A DNA stretch of 55,306 nucleotides from Patescibacteria group bacterium (GCA_040388575.1 JAZKBO010000001.1:74776-130081); one strand, 5' to 3'. Shown: positions 32,978-43,551, counted from the stretch's first letter. Translations and numbers: made by a program. Notes: generated by a model not told the origin, from the sequence alone.

Positions 32978-33403
32978 ATGCCAACAATCAACCAATTAAT
33001 AAAGAAAAATAGAGTAAAAACCCATGCCAAGTCAAAGACAGTGGCTTTAGCGCGCGGATTCAACGTCCTTAAGAACAGGCCGATCTTTTTCCCAGCTCCC
33101 TTTAAGCGAGGAGTTTGCACTAAAGTTTCTACCACTACTCCTAAAAAGCCTAACTCTGCTCTCCGTAAGATAGCTCGTGTCCGCCTAACCAACGGCATGG
33201 AAGTTACTGCATACATCCCAGGTGAAGGACATAACTTACAGGAACACTCTGTGGTTATGCTTCGTGGTGGCCGTGTGAAGGACTTGATCGGAGTGCGTTA
33301 TCACATAGTCCGCGGTGTGCTCGATACCCAAGGTGTAGAGAAGCGCCGACAAGGACGATCTTTATACGGAAACAAGAGACCAAAGGAAGCGAAAGCGAAA
33401 TAA
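32978..33403 (+). CDS. rpsL: 30S ribosomal protein S12
   Basis: [10 protein letters not shown]...[10 protein letters not shown]... Confidence 0.95.
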   Translation: MPTINQLIKKNRVKTHAKSKTVALARGFNVLKNRPIFFPAPFKRGVCTKVSTTTPKKPNSALRKIARVRLTNGMEVTAYIPGEGHNLQEHSVVMLRGGRVKDLIGVRYHIVRGVLDTQGVEKRRQGRSLYGNKRPKEAKAK

Positions 33404-33418
33404 CAAGATAAAAATAAG

Positions 33419-33889
33419 ATGCGAAGAAAAATAAAAGCTAGACAACCAGTTGCCCCAGACTTCATCTACAACTCTCAAAAGTTGGAGAAGTTTATTAACT
33501 ACATTATGTGGAGTGGCAAGAAGGAGACTGCACGCAAGGTAATGTATGCAACTTTTGATACCATTAAGGAAAAAACTGGTAACCCTAACCCACTAGAAAT
33601 TTTTGACCTAGCTATGCGCAACGCTGGCCCGATGACTGAAGTGCGCTCCAAACGTATCGGAGGTGCTAACTACCAGGTTCCTCGTGAGGTCCGCCCTGAA
33701 CGCCGTCAGGCTCTAGCTATGCGCTGGATCCGTGATGCTGCTCGTGGTGGCAAGGGTAAGCCTATGCATTTGAAACTCGCGGACGAACTTATTGCCGCTT
33801 CTAAAAACGAAGGTGCAGCTGTGAAGAAGAAAGACGACACTCACAAGATGGCTGAAGCCAACAAGGCCTTCGCCCACTTCGCTTGGTAA
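33419..33889 (+). CDS. rpsG: 30S ribosomal protein S7
   Basis: 156 aa with GKKETARKV... and ANKAFAHF at the C-terminus. Confidence 0.95.
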   Translation: MRRKIKARQPVAPDFIYNSQKLEKFINYIMWSGKKETARKVMYATFDTIKEKTGNPNPLEIFDLAMRNAGPMTEVRSKRIGGANYQVPREVRPERRQALAMRWIRDAARGGKGKPMHLKLADELIAASKNEGAAVKKKDDTHKMAEANKAFAHFAW

Positions 33890-33986
33890 TTTTGCTACCG
33901 CAAATTACCCTGAGCTTGTCGAAGGGTAGTCTGGGGATAAACTATTGCTATTATACGCACTAACGTAGTGGTATAATTTAGTGGCT

Positions 33987-34880
33987 ATGATCAACGCAGA
34001 TCTTTTGAACTATATCAAACAAGCACAGCTCTCTGGTAAATCTATCGAAGTTATCAAACAAGAACTCGCCACCGGCGGCTGGAATGCTGCGGATGTCGCT
34101 GAAGCACTACAAAGTCTTTCCGTTGGAGTTTCAGCGGTGACTCCTGCCATGGCCGCTACTGCTGGAGGTATGGGCATGAAAGCAATAATTACAATTCTGG
34201 TTTTAGTCGTACTCGCTGCAGGCGGCTATTTTGCGTATTCAAAATATAAACAACCAAGCGTCGAAGAAGTAAGTATTAACCAAGAACAAACTATGAATAC
34301 TCCAACACCAACTCCTGTTGCGCAAAACACAGAATCAATTCCTGCTCCGTTTACTTGTAAAGATATATTTACAGAGTCTGACTTTGTAAGAATAACAGGC
34401 AAAGGCGCTGCAGATTACAAAGTGGAAGAAAAAACAAGCGCAGCTGCAAACGCGGGCAATTCAGCCAACCTAACTTGTTCTTACACTAAACCCGATCCTA
34501 GTAAATCTGATCCAATTTCTTTTAACCTAACTGTTATTTGGTATCCAATAAATAACGTGGCGGAAACAGATCTTGAGGTTTCTACCGATGCCTTGGTACA
34601 GAGCGCAAAAAGTATGGCAGCAGGATTTCCAGACAGTGAAGCCAAGACCCAGCAGATGAATATTGCTAAAGTCGCGGTTCCGGGCGTGGGAGCTAAAGCA
34701 TACACACTGCAGAGTGGGAGCATGGGAGGGGGATGGCTCTTTTTTCTCAGCAGTAATAAAAAATATAATGTAATGTTTACGTATCTTGATTTTGCAAATT
34801 TGGGTAAGGCAAATAATGGAGCTTTGACTAAAGAAAAATTAATCGGCCAGACTATCGATGCGCATTTAAGTAAATATTAA
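33987..34880 (+). CDS. hypothetical membrane protein (small helical N-domain, TM, TP-linker, extracellular domain)
   Basis: TGgTATAAT (hexamer 33972-33977) lies 9 nt before ATG 33987; GTG 33981 is also possible. Paralogous TM-linker shared with the next gene. Confidence 0.6.
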   Translation: MINADLLNYIKQAQLSGKSIEVIKQELATGGWNAADVAEALQSLSVGVSAVTPAMAATAGGMGMKAIITILVLVVLAAGGYFAYSKYKQPSVEEVSINQEQTMNTPTPTPVAQNTESIPAPFTCKDIFTESDFVRITGKGAADYKVEEKTSAAANAGNSANLTCSYTKPDPSKSDPISFNLTVIWYPINNVAETDLEVSTDALVQSAKSMAAGFPDSEAKTQQMNIAKVAVPGVGAKAYTLQSGSMGGGWLFFLSSNKKYNVMFTYLDFANLGKANNGALTKEKLIGQTIDAHLSKY

Positions 34881-34902
34881 TTATCAGTAAATTAACTCAA
34901 GA

Positions 34903-35541
34903 ATGAACTCTAAACTAATCATATTTATCATCGCCTTGCTGGTCATAAGTGGTGGATACTTTGCATATTCAAAATATTACCAACCAAGTGTCGAAAAAAT
35001 AAATATTAACCAAGAACAAGCCATGAATAATACTCCAACACCTACACCCACTTACCCAGCAACTAATAAAAATCCATGTGACACCATAAAAGATCTTGGT
35101 GAAGGGTTTGTTCATCCCGAATATTCTAAAAATGGTGTTAAGGTAGGCCAACCCGAAAATTTCCCTGCCAACCTAATTCCTCCTGGCAGTACCGCGATGG
35201 AATACTACATAAGCTCTGAAAATAAGCAAAGAACTGAAACACTATTTTGTTCCCAAAATAAAGTCCTGGATATTATTGCCAATATGGAAAATACATTACA
35301 ATCCAACTCCTATAAAAAATCTGATCCTTGGCACAAAACAGCCACCGATGCCACATTTCGCTTCAGTGTAGAAGGCACCCATCGTTTTGTTGACGGCGAA
35401 CTTCTTGGGGGAGTGGTTACAATTATGGAAGTTAGGCAAGTACCTTTTGATTCAAATAGTCCCATTGTCGGTGTCTTAATAGATATTATTGTAGATCACC
35501 GATGCATATATGGCACTGGTGGGGTTAATACGTGTAATTAA
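34903..35541 (+). CDS. hypothetical membrane-anchored protein, partial paralog of preceding gene
   Basis: Shares GGYFAYSKY.QPSVE..INQEQ.MN.TPTPTP with the upstream gene (DNA 34951-35049 against 34221-34316). Confidence 0.6.
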   Translation: MNSKLIIFIIALLVISGGYFAYSKYYQPSVEKININQEQAMNNTPTPTPTYPATNKNPCDTIKDLGEGFVHPEYSKNGVKVGQPENFPANLIPPGSTAMEYYISSENKQRTETLFCSQNKVLDIIANMENTLQSNSYKKSDPWHKTATDATFRFSVEGTHRFVDGELLGGVVTIMEVRQVPFDSNSPIVGVLIDIIVDHRCIYGTGGVNTCN

Positions 35542-35556
35542 AAGTATAATAATTTT

Positions 35557-35751
35557 ATGGACATAATAAACAAAATTTTCTCAATGTTTAGTAAGGCGAA
35601 TAATGCCATGATGAAGGCGAACTCCATGCAGTACACTGTTAACCGGGCGGAAAGCTCATACAACAATATTTCTAAAGCACCGAGTAAGTGGAAAATGGTC
35701 ATTTACATCGTAATTGCGATTGTGGTTATCCTATACTTCATCTTTGGATAG
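35557..35751 (+). CDS. hypothetical 64-aa C-tail-anchored protein
   Basis: TATAAT (35545-35550) ends 6 nt before the ATG. C-terminal TM WKMVIYIVIAIVVILYFIF. Confidence 0.45.
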   Translation: MDIINKIFSMFSKANNAMMKANSMQYTVNRAESSYNNISKAPSKWKMVIYIVIAIVVILYFIFG

Positions 35752-35757
35752 GTCGCG

Positions 35758-35786
35758 TTGCAATAAAAAGGCTTTTGTTATATATT
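35758..35786 (+). promoter_or_regulatory. promoter of fusA
   Basis: TTGCAA (35758-35763), 17-nt spacer, TATATT (35781-35786). Confidence 0.4.
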
Positions 35787-35818
35787 ATCTCTAGCGCGTT
35801 TGGCGCTATTTTAATTAT

Positions 35819-37966
35819 ATGGAAAGAGATTACCCTTTAGAAAAAGTTAGAAATTTTGGAATTATCGCCCACATCGATGCGGGTAAAACTACCACGACCG
35901 AGCGTGTGCTTTTTTATACTGGCGTATCCCACAAAATAGGGGAGGTGCATGATGGGGAAACTACTACCGACTGGATGGAGCAGGAGCGCGAGCGCGGCAT
36001 CACTATTACTTCCGCTGCGGTTACCTGCTTCTGGACACCTACATATGATTTGAAAAATAAAGCCCTCAAGCACCGCTTCAACATCATCGATACTCCAGGA
36101 CACATCGACTTTACCGTAGAGGTGAAGCGTTCTCTTCGCGTACTCGATGGAGCAGTAGTAGTGTTCGACGGCGTGGCTGGAGTAGAACCACAATCTGAAA
36201 CAAACTGGCGCTATGCCGACGAGGCTAAAGTTCCACGCGTATGCTTCATCAACAAGCTCGACCGAACTGGTGCATCTTTCGAGCGTTCCTACAGCACAAT
36301 TCTGGAAAGACTCAACAAAAATGCTGTGCGCATGCAGATACCTATCGGATTAGAAGAGAAGTTCGAAGGTGTGGTGGACGTGCTCCGCATGAAGGCCTAC
36401 TACTTTGAAGGCGAGATGGGTAACACAGTTATCGAAAAGGAAATTCCTGCGGAAATGATGGCAGAGGCACAAAAATACCACAATGAGTTGATTGAAAAGA
36501 TTGTGGAGACCGATGACACCTTGATGACCGAGTACCTAGACGGTATGGTGCCCAATTTTGATACTTTAAAGAAAACTCTACGCAAAGCTGTAATTGATAA
36601 TAAAATCTTCCCAGTTTTTGCTGGTTCCGCTTTAAAGAACAAAGGTGTGCAGCTCGTGCTCGATGCGGTGGTAGATTATCTTCCAGCTCCGACTGACATC
36701 CCACCAATAGAAGGTATCAATCCAGATAACGATGAGCCAGCAGTGCGCCATGCCTCCGACGCAGAGCCTTTTGCAGCACTTGCTTTCAAAGTGGCGACGG
36801 ATCCATTCGTAGGGCAGATCATTTTCTTCCGCGTATATTCTGGAAAGCTTGCAGCTGGAAGTTATATTTACAACCCTCGAACTCGCAACAAGGAGCGTAT
36901 CGGCCGAATTCTACGAATGCACGCCAATGACCGTGAAGAAGTGAAGGAAGTCTTCGCTGGGGAAATCGCAGCTGCAGTGGGCCTTAAAGACACCATTACC
37001 TCGGACACTATTTGCGATGAAAATAATCCTATTGAATTAAACCGCATAGTCTTTCCAGAGCCAGTTATCTCACTGCGCATCGAACCTAAGACTAAGGCTG
37101 ACCAAGAAAAAATGGGTATGGCCCTCAACCGCCTTGCGCAAGAAGACCCAACCTTCAAAGTATCTACTGACCAGGAAACAGGGGAGACGATCATTGCCGG
37201 CATGGGAGAGCTTCACCTTGAAATTATTGTGGACCGCATGAAGCGTGAGTTTACGGTGGAAGCTAATGTGGGTAAACCCCAAGTAGCATACCGAGAGACC
37301 ATCAGTGGTGAAGCGGAAGCGGAAGGCAAATACATCAAGCAGTCTGGCGGACGTGGTAACTATGGCCATGTGAAGATCAAAGTTAAGCCGATGGAAGCAC
37401 TGACGAAAGAAGAGATTGAAGACCTACCGAAAAATACCAAGAGGTATTCTGACTTTGAATTCATCAACAATATCAAGGGAGGTGTTATCCCACAAGAATA
37501 CATTGCTCCTTGTGAAAAGGGCTTTAGGGAAGGACTCGATCGCGGAATCCTTGCAGGATTCAAAATGGTAAATGTTTCCGTAGACCTATGGGACGGAAGT
37601 TACCATGAAGTGGACTCCAACGAAATGGCTTTCAAAATTGCATCTTCAATGGCGGTGCAAGATGCCTGCCGATCTGCCCGCCCAGTAATCCTCGAGCCAA
37701 TGATGAAGGTGGAAGTGGTAACTCCAGAGAAGTTCATGGGTGATGTTACCGGCAACCTTTCTTCAAAGCGTGGACTCATCGAAGGTATGGAGGACCGCGG
37801 TATGAATAAAGTCATGCGCGCTATCGTACCGCTCTCTGAAATGTTCGGCTACATGACCGGCCTACGCTCAATGACTGAAGGAAGAGCATCTTTCACTATG
37901 GAATTCCTACGCTACGATACAGTGCCTAACAACGTAGCGGAAACAATCATCGCTGCGAGAAAATAA
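35819..37966 (+). CDS. fusA: elongation factor G
   Basis: 715 aa with [18 protein letters not shown] and all EF-G domains. Confidence 0.95.
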   Translation: MERDYPLEKVRNFGIIAHIDAGKTTTTERVLFYTGVSHKIGEVHDGETTTDWMEQERERGITITSAAVTCFWTPTYDLKNKALKHRFNIIDTPGHIDFTVEVKRSLRVLDGAVVVFDGVAGVEPQSETNWRYADEAKVPRVCFINKLDRTGASFERSYSTILERLNKNAVRMQIPIGLEEKFEGVVDVLRMKAYYFEGEMGNTVIEKEIPAEMMAEAQKYHNELIEKIVETDDTLMTEYLDGMVPNFDTLKKTLRKAVIDNKIFPVFAGSALKNKGVQLVLDAVVDYLPAPTDIPPIEGINPDNDEPAVRHASDAEPFAALAFKVATDPFVGQIIFFRVYSGKLAAGSYIYNPRTRNKERIGRILRMHANDREEVKEVFAGEIAAAVGLKDTITSDTICDENNPIELNRIVFPEPVISLRIEPKTKADQEKMGMALNRLAQEDPTFKVSTDQETGETIIAGMGELHLEIIVDRMKREFTVEANVGKPQVAYRETISGEAEAEGKYIKQSGGRGNYGHVKIKVKPMEALTKEEIEDLPKNTKRYSDFEFINNIKGGVIPQEYIAPCEKGFREGLDRGILAGFKMVNVSVDLWDGSYHEVDSNEMAFKIASSMAVQDACRSARPVILEPMMKVEVVTPEKFMGDVTGNLSSKRGLIEGMEDRGMNKVMRAIVPLSEMFGYMTGLRSMTEGRASFTMEFLRYDTVPNNVAETIIAARK

Positions 37967-37971
37967 CCTAT

Positions 37972-38000
37972 TTGACTTATCCTTTTTAGGGTGCATAATT
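37972..38000 (+). promoter_or_regulatory. promoter driving cassette C
   Basis: TTGACT (37972-37977), then TGCATAATT (37992-38000). The -10 reads CATAAT or ATAATT with a 16 or 17 nt spacer. Confidence 0.4.
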
Positions 38001-38045
38001 AGATTTTAGGAACCACTCGATCTTCAAATAAGGAGAAACTCGACG

Positions 38046-38513
38046 ATGAAGAATTTTCGCGCGCTTTTCGAAGCGGAACTCGAAGGGACTGACGGCCAGG
38101 CGACGATCATCGGTGCGAGGGAGCTGTTGCCCACCAAGCACATTGACCCTCGTTTCGAAGCCATCCACAAGTCTGGGCCGGCGACACCGCCGACCAAGAT
38201 CCAGGTACAGGAGCTGGCTGTTAACGGAGAGCTCCTTGACCTTCTCCAAGACGTCTCCGCATTCGATACGCTGCCTTTCATGCAAAGCCAGATCGTCCAG
38301 GTTTGTCATCGGCACCCTGACTGGCTTCAGGCAAACGGAATGCCCAACCTCTTCCTTTGCAAGATGGGGGAGGCCAACTCGGACCTGTTTGTGGTCAGCG
38401 CCTTTCTGGACAACTGGAGCCGCTTCTTCTTCATGAGGCGCGAGCTTCATGAAAGGATTCTCTGGCGCGGGCGGCAGTTTCATCTCCGCTTCTTCTTCAA
38501 GGTGAGGCGATAG
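38046..38513 (+). CDS. hypothetical 155-aa cytoplasmic protein of foreign composition
   Basis: AAGGAG (38030-35) lies 10 nt before the ATG. No TM or signal and no family recognised. The odd Arg/Phe-rich C-terminus could reflect a frameshift. Confidence 0.5.
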   Translation: MKNFRALFEAELEGTDGQATIIGARELLPTKHIDPRFEAIHKSGPATPPTKIQVQELAVNGELLDLLQDVSAFDTLPFMQSQIVQVCHRHPDWLQANGMPNLFLCKMGEANSDLFVVSAFLDNWSRFFFMRRELHERILWRGRQFHLRFFFKVRR

Positions 38514-38526
38514 TCGCCCAAAATTA

Positions 38527-38567
38527 GGAGGGAATCAACCCTCCCATCCCCGGACCAAGGTTCGGGG
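38527..38567 (+). terminator. two tandem GC hairpins closing cassette C
   Basis: GGAGGG-AATCAA-CCCTCC (38527-38544) and CCCCGGAC-CAAG-GTTCGGGG (38548-38567). No clear T-run. Confidence 0.4.
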
Positions 38568-38601
38568 ATTACTCATTATATTCAAAGGTAATTATTCGGG
38601 T

Positions 38602-38629
38602 TTGACAATATACTTCAATCTGCTAATAT
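38602..38629 (+). promoter_or_regulatory. promoter of tuf (long ~160 nt leader)
   Basis: TTGACA (38602-38607), 16-nt spacer, TGcTAATAT with the hexamer at 38624-38629. Confidence 0.5.
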
Positions 38630-38794
38630 AACAATAACTGCACTTTTGGCAGTTTTTCTATTGCTTTTTTTGTAAAAATACTAAAAAAGCTAGATATTAT
38701 TAAGGTTTTTAACATCGTTAGTAATTAGGCCTTAGCGACTGGTTCTCGTACGCTGGGTCCTCATTATTAAGCCCGCCCAATTGGCGGAAATTAT

Positions 38795-39985
<1,191 letters not shown>

Positions 39986-40004
39986 TTAATCTAGCTTATA
40001 GTTC

Positions 40005-40424
40005 ATGGCAACAACAGAAACAAAAGTAAAAAAACCGAAAGCAAAAACTGCTGCTCCTAAAACTCCTAAGGCTTCTAAGATTTCTGCGAGGAAAGATAAG
40101 GCTGAAGGTGGTGAGGGTAAGGTAATATTGCGTATCCGAGTTCGTGCTTACGAGAGCAAGATCTTGGATGCCTCGGTCAAACAAATAATGGATACCGCTA
40201 CTCGCTATGATGCGAATATTGTGGGTCCAGTACCGTTGCCAACAGAAATAAAAAAGTACACCGTCAACCGCGCGTCTTTCGTTTACAAGAACACTCGCGA
40301 GCAATTCGAAATTCGCGTGCATAAGAGGTTGATCGACATCCATAATCCAAATCCAAAAACAATCGAAGCCCTCACCAACTTGTCACTTCCTTCCGGAGTC
40401 GACATCGACGTGAAGATGATGTAA
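40005..40424 (+). CDS. rpsJ: 30S ribosomal protein S10 with ~37-aa Lys/Ala/Pro-rich N-terminal extension
   Basis: The core ILRIRVRAYESKILD...RLIDI is preceded by MATTETKVKKPKAKTAAPKTPKASK... Confidence 0.9.
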   Translation: MATTETKVKKPKAKTAAPKTPKASKISARKDKAEGGEGKVILRIRVRAYESKILDASVKQIMDTATRYDANIVGPVPLPTEIKKYTVNRASFVYKNTREQFEIRVHKRLIDIHNPNPKTIEALTNLSLPSGVDIDVKMM

Positions 40425-40436
40425 CTATAATTTAAA

Positions 40437-41051
40437 ATGAAATTCATTTTGGCCACAAAAGAAAATATGATGGAATATTTCACCCCAGAAGGTGAGGTTG
40501 TTCCAGTGACCATCGTGAAAGCGGGTCCAATTACTGTTACCCGAGTATTTTCGAAAGACAAAGACGGTTATGATTCCGTACAAGTAGGCTTCGGCAATCA
40601 ATCCAAGCACAGAATCAACAAGCCAGAAGCTGGCGTCATGAAGGACGCACAGTATCGAACGCTCAAAGAATTCAGACTCAAAGTAACTGATAAAAGCGAA
40701 GCCAAAGTAGGTGATGTCATTGACGTCAGCGCCTTTGCTCCCGGAGACAAGCTCCAAGTTTCAAGTATTTCCAAGGGTAAAGGCTTCCAAGGTGTGGTTA
40801 AGCGCCATGGCTTTGCTGGTGGCCCACGAACTCATGGTCAGAAGCATTCTGAACGCGAGCCAGGTTCCATCGGCGGAGGTCTTCGAACTCATGTGCCGAA
40901 GGGTATGCGCATGGCTGGCCGCATGGGCTCCGACCGTATCACTCAAAAGAATTTGAAAGTAGTTATGGTTGATCCAGAAAATAATTTAATGTTGATCAAG
41001 GGCGCAATTACGGGCAAGCGTGGCACTCTGGTTGAGATAGTCGCAAGATAA
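40437..41051 (+). CDS. rplC: 50S ribosomal protein L3
   Basis: GKGFQGVVKRHGFAGGPRTHGQ motif. Confidence 0.95.
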   Translation: MKFILATKENMMEYFTPEGEVVPVTIVKAGPITVTRVFSKDKDGYDSVQVGFGNQSKHRINKPEAGVMKDAQYRTLKEFRLKVTDKSEAKVGDVIDVSAFAPGDKLQVSSISKGKGFQGVVKRHGFAGGPRTHGQKHSEREPGSIGGGLRTHVPKGMRMAGRMGSDRITQKNLKVVMVDPENNLMLIKGAITGKRGTLVEIVAR

Positions 41052-41055
41052 ATAT

Positions 41056-41754
41056 ATGGAAGCAAAAACCCCAACCAAAACTAAAGAGGCAATGAGCGCT
41101 AAGATATACGACCAAAAGGGTAAAGATGCCGGCAGTATTGATCTTCCAGCTAAAGTTTTCGGCGTGAAGTGGCGTGCTGACTTGGTCCACCAAGTAGTAG
41201 AGAGTATGCGCAGTAATAAGCGCGCAGGCACAGCGGACACTAAAGGCCGCGGGGAAGTGCGTGGAGGTGGCCGTAAACCTTGGAAACAAAAGGGTACCGG
41301 TAGAGCTCGTCACGGATCATCTAGAAGCCCTATCTGGGTAGGTGGAGGTGTAACTCACGGTCCACTTGCAGAGAAGAACTACAAGAGGAAAATTTCCAAG
41401 AAAATGCGAGCTCAAGCACTATTTTCCGTACTTTCAAAGAAGATGAAAGACGGGGAAATACTCTTCGTTGATTCTTTAAATATTACACCTATCAAGACCA
41501 AGACTGGCGTGCAGGTAGTAAATAGCTTGGCCAAGGTTTTGAAGTTTAACGCAGGATCTAGAAGTGTAAAGCCAAGAATCCTGACTGCTTTATATGAACG
41601 TAACCCAAATGCTGAAAAAAGCCTACGTAATATCCCAACTCTTGAAATAGCCTTTTTGAAAAATCTAAATCCACTAGATGTCCTTAATCACAAATACCTT
41701 TTGATCGAAAATCCAACAGAATCTGTTAAATTTTTAGAATCCCGATCCAAATAA
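41056..41754 (+). CDS. rplD: 50S ribosomal protein L4
   Basis: GGGRKPWKQKGTGRARHGS motif. Confidence 0.95.
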   Translation: MEAKTPTKTKEAMSAKIYDQKGKDAGSIDLPAKVFGVKWRADLVHQVVESMRSNKRAGTADTKGRGEVRGGGRKPWKQKGTGRARHGSSRSPIWVGGGVTHGPLAEKNYKRKISKKMRAQALFSVLSKKMKDGEILFVDSLNITPIKTKTGVQVVNSLAKVLKFNAGSRSVKPRILTALYERNPNAEKSLRNIPTLEIAFLKNLNPLDVLNHKYLLIENPTESVKFLESRSK

Positions 41755-41762
41755 AATAATTT

Positions 41763-42032
41763 ATGTCTACAATTATTAAAACCCCAAGAATTACCGAAAA
41801 AGCATCCAACCTCCTAGAAGGCCGGGTTTATACTTTTGATATTACGGGGAGCGCCAACAAAAATGAAGTCAAGAAAGCAGTTTTCGAAATTTATAAAGTC
41901 AAACCCGTTAAAGTCAATGTGCTCCGAGTGCCTAAGAAGAATACGATGGTGCGCGGCAAGACCTTTACCCGAGGCGGTGGACGCAAGGCATTTGTATATT
42001 TAAAAGAAGGGGATAAGATCGAGTTCATCTAA
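41763..42032 (+). CDS. rplW: 50S ribosomal protein L23
   Basis: 89 aa with IIKTPRITEKA...KAFVYLKEG. Confidence 0.9.
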   Translation: MSTIIKTPRITEKASNLLEGRVYTFDITGSANKNEVKKAVFEIYKVKPVKVNVLRVPKKNTMVRGKTFTRGGGRKAFVYLKEGDKIEFI

Positions 42033-42871
42033 TGAAAACATACAAACCGACAAGTAAATCCCGAAGACAAATGAGCCACGTTACCTACCGTGGAGTCTTG
42101 ACCAAGACCGAGCCGACAAAGGCGCTCCTTCATGGTTTCCGCCGTATGGTGGGCCGCAACAGTGCAGGCCGCATTACCATGAGGCACAAGGGTGGCGGAC
42201 ACAAGCGCCTCTACCGAGATGTCGACTTTTTATACAACAAGCATGATATCCCAGCTAAAATAACTTCAGTTGAGTACGATCCTAACCGTTCTGCTTTCAT
42301 CGGGCTCGCTATCTATAAAGATGGAGAGAAGAGGTATGTGGTGTTGCCGAAATCTGTAAAGCCAGGGGACTCTTTTATTGTTTCCGAAAAAGCGGAATTA
42401 AATCCTGGAAACAGATTACCACTCAAAAATATTCCAGTAGGAACTTTTGTTTACAATGTGGAGATCAAGCCAAAGGGTGGCGCTAAGATCGGCCGCTCTG
42501 CAGGAATCTTTGCTCAAGTAGTAGCGAATGCGGAAGGTTATACAAACCTGAAGATGCCATCGACTGAAGTGCGCAAAATAAATGAAAATTGCTGGGCGTG
42601 CGTAGGTACAGTTTCAAACGAAGAATATCATTTGCAAAATTTCGGTAAGGCTGGACGATCTCGCTGGAAGGGTATCCGCCCTACAGTACGCGGTACTGCC
42701 ATGAACCCAGTAGACCACCCATACGGTGGAGGTGAAGGCCGCCAAGGCCGAGGCACCAAGCGCCCTAAGACTATGTGGGGTAAAGTTACTGGTGGCAGGA
42801 AGACCCGCACTCCAAAGAAGTACTCAAACATTTTCATCGTTTCTCGAAGGAAGACTGGCAAGAAGGAGTAA
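42032..42871 (+). CDS. rplB: 50S ribosomal protein L2
   Basis: GRITMRHKGGGHKRLYR and RGTAMNPVDHPYGGGEG motifs. Confidence 0.97.
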   Translation: MKTYKPTSKSRRQMSHVTYRGVLTKTEPTKALLHGFRRMVGRNSAGRITMRHKGGGHKRLYRDVDFLYNKHDIPAKITSVEYDPNRSAFIGLAIYKDGEKRYVVLPKSVKPGDSFIVSEKAELNPGNRLPLKNIPVGTFVYNVEIKPKGGAKIGRSAGIFAQVVANAEGYTNLKMPSTEVRKINENCWACVGTVSNEEYHLQNFGKAGRSRWKGIRPTVRGTAMNPVDHPYGGGEGRQGRGTKRPKTMWGKVTGGRKTRTPKKYSNIFIVSRRKTGKKE

Positions 42872-42876
42872 AGTAT

Positions 42877-42904
42877 TTGCTTTATTCTCAATAAAGAATA
42901 GAAT
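42877..42904 (+). promoter_or_regulatory. promoter at left edge of cassette D
   Basis: TTGCTT (42877-42882), 16-nt spacer, TAGAAT (42899-42904). Confidence 0.4.
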
Positions 42905-42910
42905 TATTCA

Positions 42911-43069
42911 CCAGAGGTCCCCATGGAAATATTCCAAGGCGTTGACGATGAAGAGCATCTCACGCGCGACCCGCTCAGTAACTGCTGCGACGCGTATCTG
43001 TATGTTGCAGACTCACGCCGCCGCAAACGCCGAAGCTTCCGACACCATCGGAGCCCGGCGTTTTTTTTT
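42911..43069 (+). ncRNA. candidate ~160-nt GC-rich small transcript (promoter to intrinsic terminator)
   Basis: Bounded by the promoter at 42877-42904 and a strong terminator. The only ORF (42923..) has no stop before the terminator. Local hairpin TGGAA-ATA-TTCCA. No family recognised. Confidence 0.3.
43028..43069 (+). terminator. strong rho-independent terminator inside the rplB-rpsS gap
   Basis: CGCCG/CGGCG (43028-32 / 43056-60) plus TTCCGA/TCGGAG inner stem, 5-nt loop, followed by T9 (43061-43069). Confidence 0.8.
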
Positions 43070-43083
43070 ATTAACACTTTTAC

Positions 43084-43111
43084 TTGCGTAAAAATAAAAG
43101 AAGAATACACT
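43084..43111 (+). promoter_or_regulatory. possible internal promoter of cassette D second unit
   Basis: TTGCGT (43084-89), 16-nt spacer, TACACT (43106-11), in the AT-rich spacer right after the terminator. Confidence 0.3.
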
Positions 43112-43209
43112 TATTCTCAGATCGCAACCCGATCGGAAGGGGGACCGTCACAGAGGCAAGTCTCTATCCACGTTCGGTAAGTTCACAGTCACGTCACTCG
43201 GAGGTTCTC

Positions 43210-43458
43210 ATGCCAAGTCGTTTCAATGGCTGCTCAAGTCGGGATCACGAGGCGCACATGATGAAGGACGCCGCCGCCTTTGGCCGGCGCCCGGATCGTG
43301 TCCGTCATCTGTCGTTGGCGCCCACCACCAGGGTGGTGCCGCGCGAAGCGCCGCTCGTGTCGCTCCGACCGAAGGCTCCGCCGGACGCCGGGCAGGGAAG
43401 CATCAATCTCATGGCCGGGAACAACAGCAGTCGTGCGGCCGTGAGGGGGGTGATCTAA
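43210..43458 (+). CDS. hypothetical 82-aa ORF D2 (may be non-coding)
   Basis: GGAGG (43200-04) lies 5 nt before the ATG. The product is Arg/Pro/Ala-rich without a recognisable fold. Chance ORFs are likely at this GC. Confidence 0.3.
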   Translation: MPSRFNGCSSRDHEAHMMKDAAAFGRRPDRVRHLSLAPTTRVVPREAPLVSLRPKAPPDAGQGSINLMAGNNSSRAAVRGVI

Positions 43459-43523
43459 CTATCTCCCGCAGCGCTAACACCGTTGCGGGTCGCGTTCGAC
43501 CTTGCGTGTTTGCTTCAACATCC

Positions 43524-43542
43524 AGCTAACAACGTGTTAGCT
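43524..43542 (+). other. perfect 8-bp hairpin AGCTAACA-ACG-TGTTAGCT
   Basis: Seen directly. A second hairpin, CCCGCA...TGCGGG, is at 43465-43489. The GCTAACA heptamer occurs in both. Confidence 0.5.
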
Positions 43543-43551
43543 CTCGCCAAC

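Larger units (their letters stand above)
38040..38570. other. GC-rich cassette C (compositional island)
   Basis: 38101-38160 counts 58% GC. Overlapping ORFs on both strands. Lies between fusA and tuf. Confidence 0.8.

Noticed and set aside
37986-38483. 165-aa and 85-aa minus-strand ORFs and a 107-aa plus-strand ORF inside cassette C.
   Set aside because: They have no RBS or promoter, they run antisense into the fusA terminus, and the products are Arg/Pro-rich. The 155-aa plus-strand ORF has the promoter and the AAGGAG. They cannot be fully excluded without homologs.
42923-43180. 85-aa ORF at the left side of cassette D (also the 121-aa ORF at 42726 and the 68-aa antisense ORF).
   Set aside because: The frame reads straight through a strong intrinsic terminator (43028-43069), so the T9 run would be translated as FFF. 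The 42726 ORF overlaps rplB out of frame. A small RNA or non-coding sequence explains this better.
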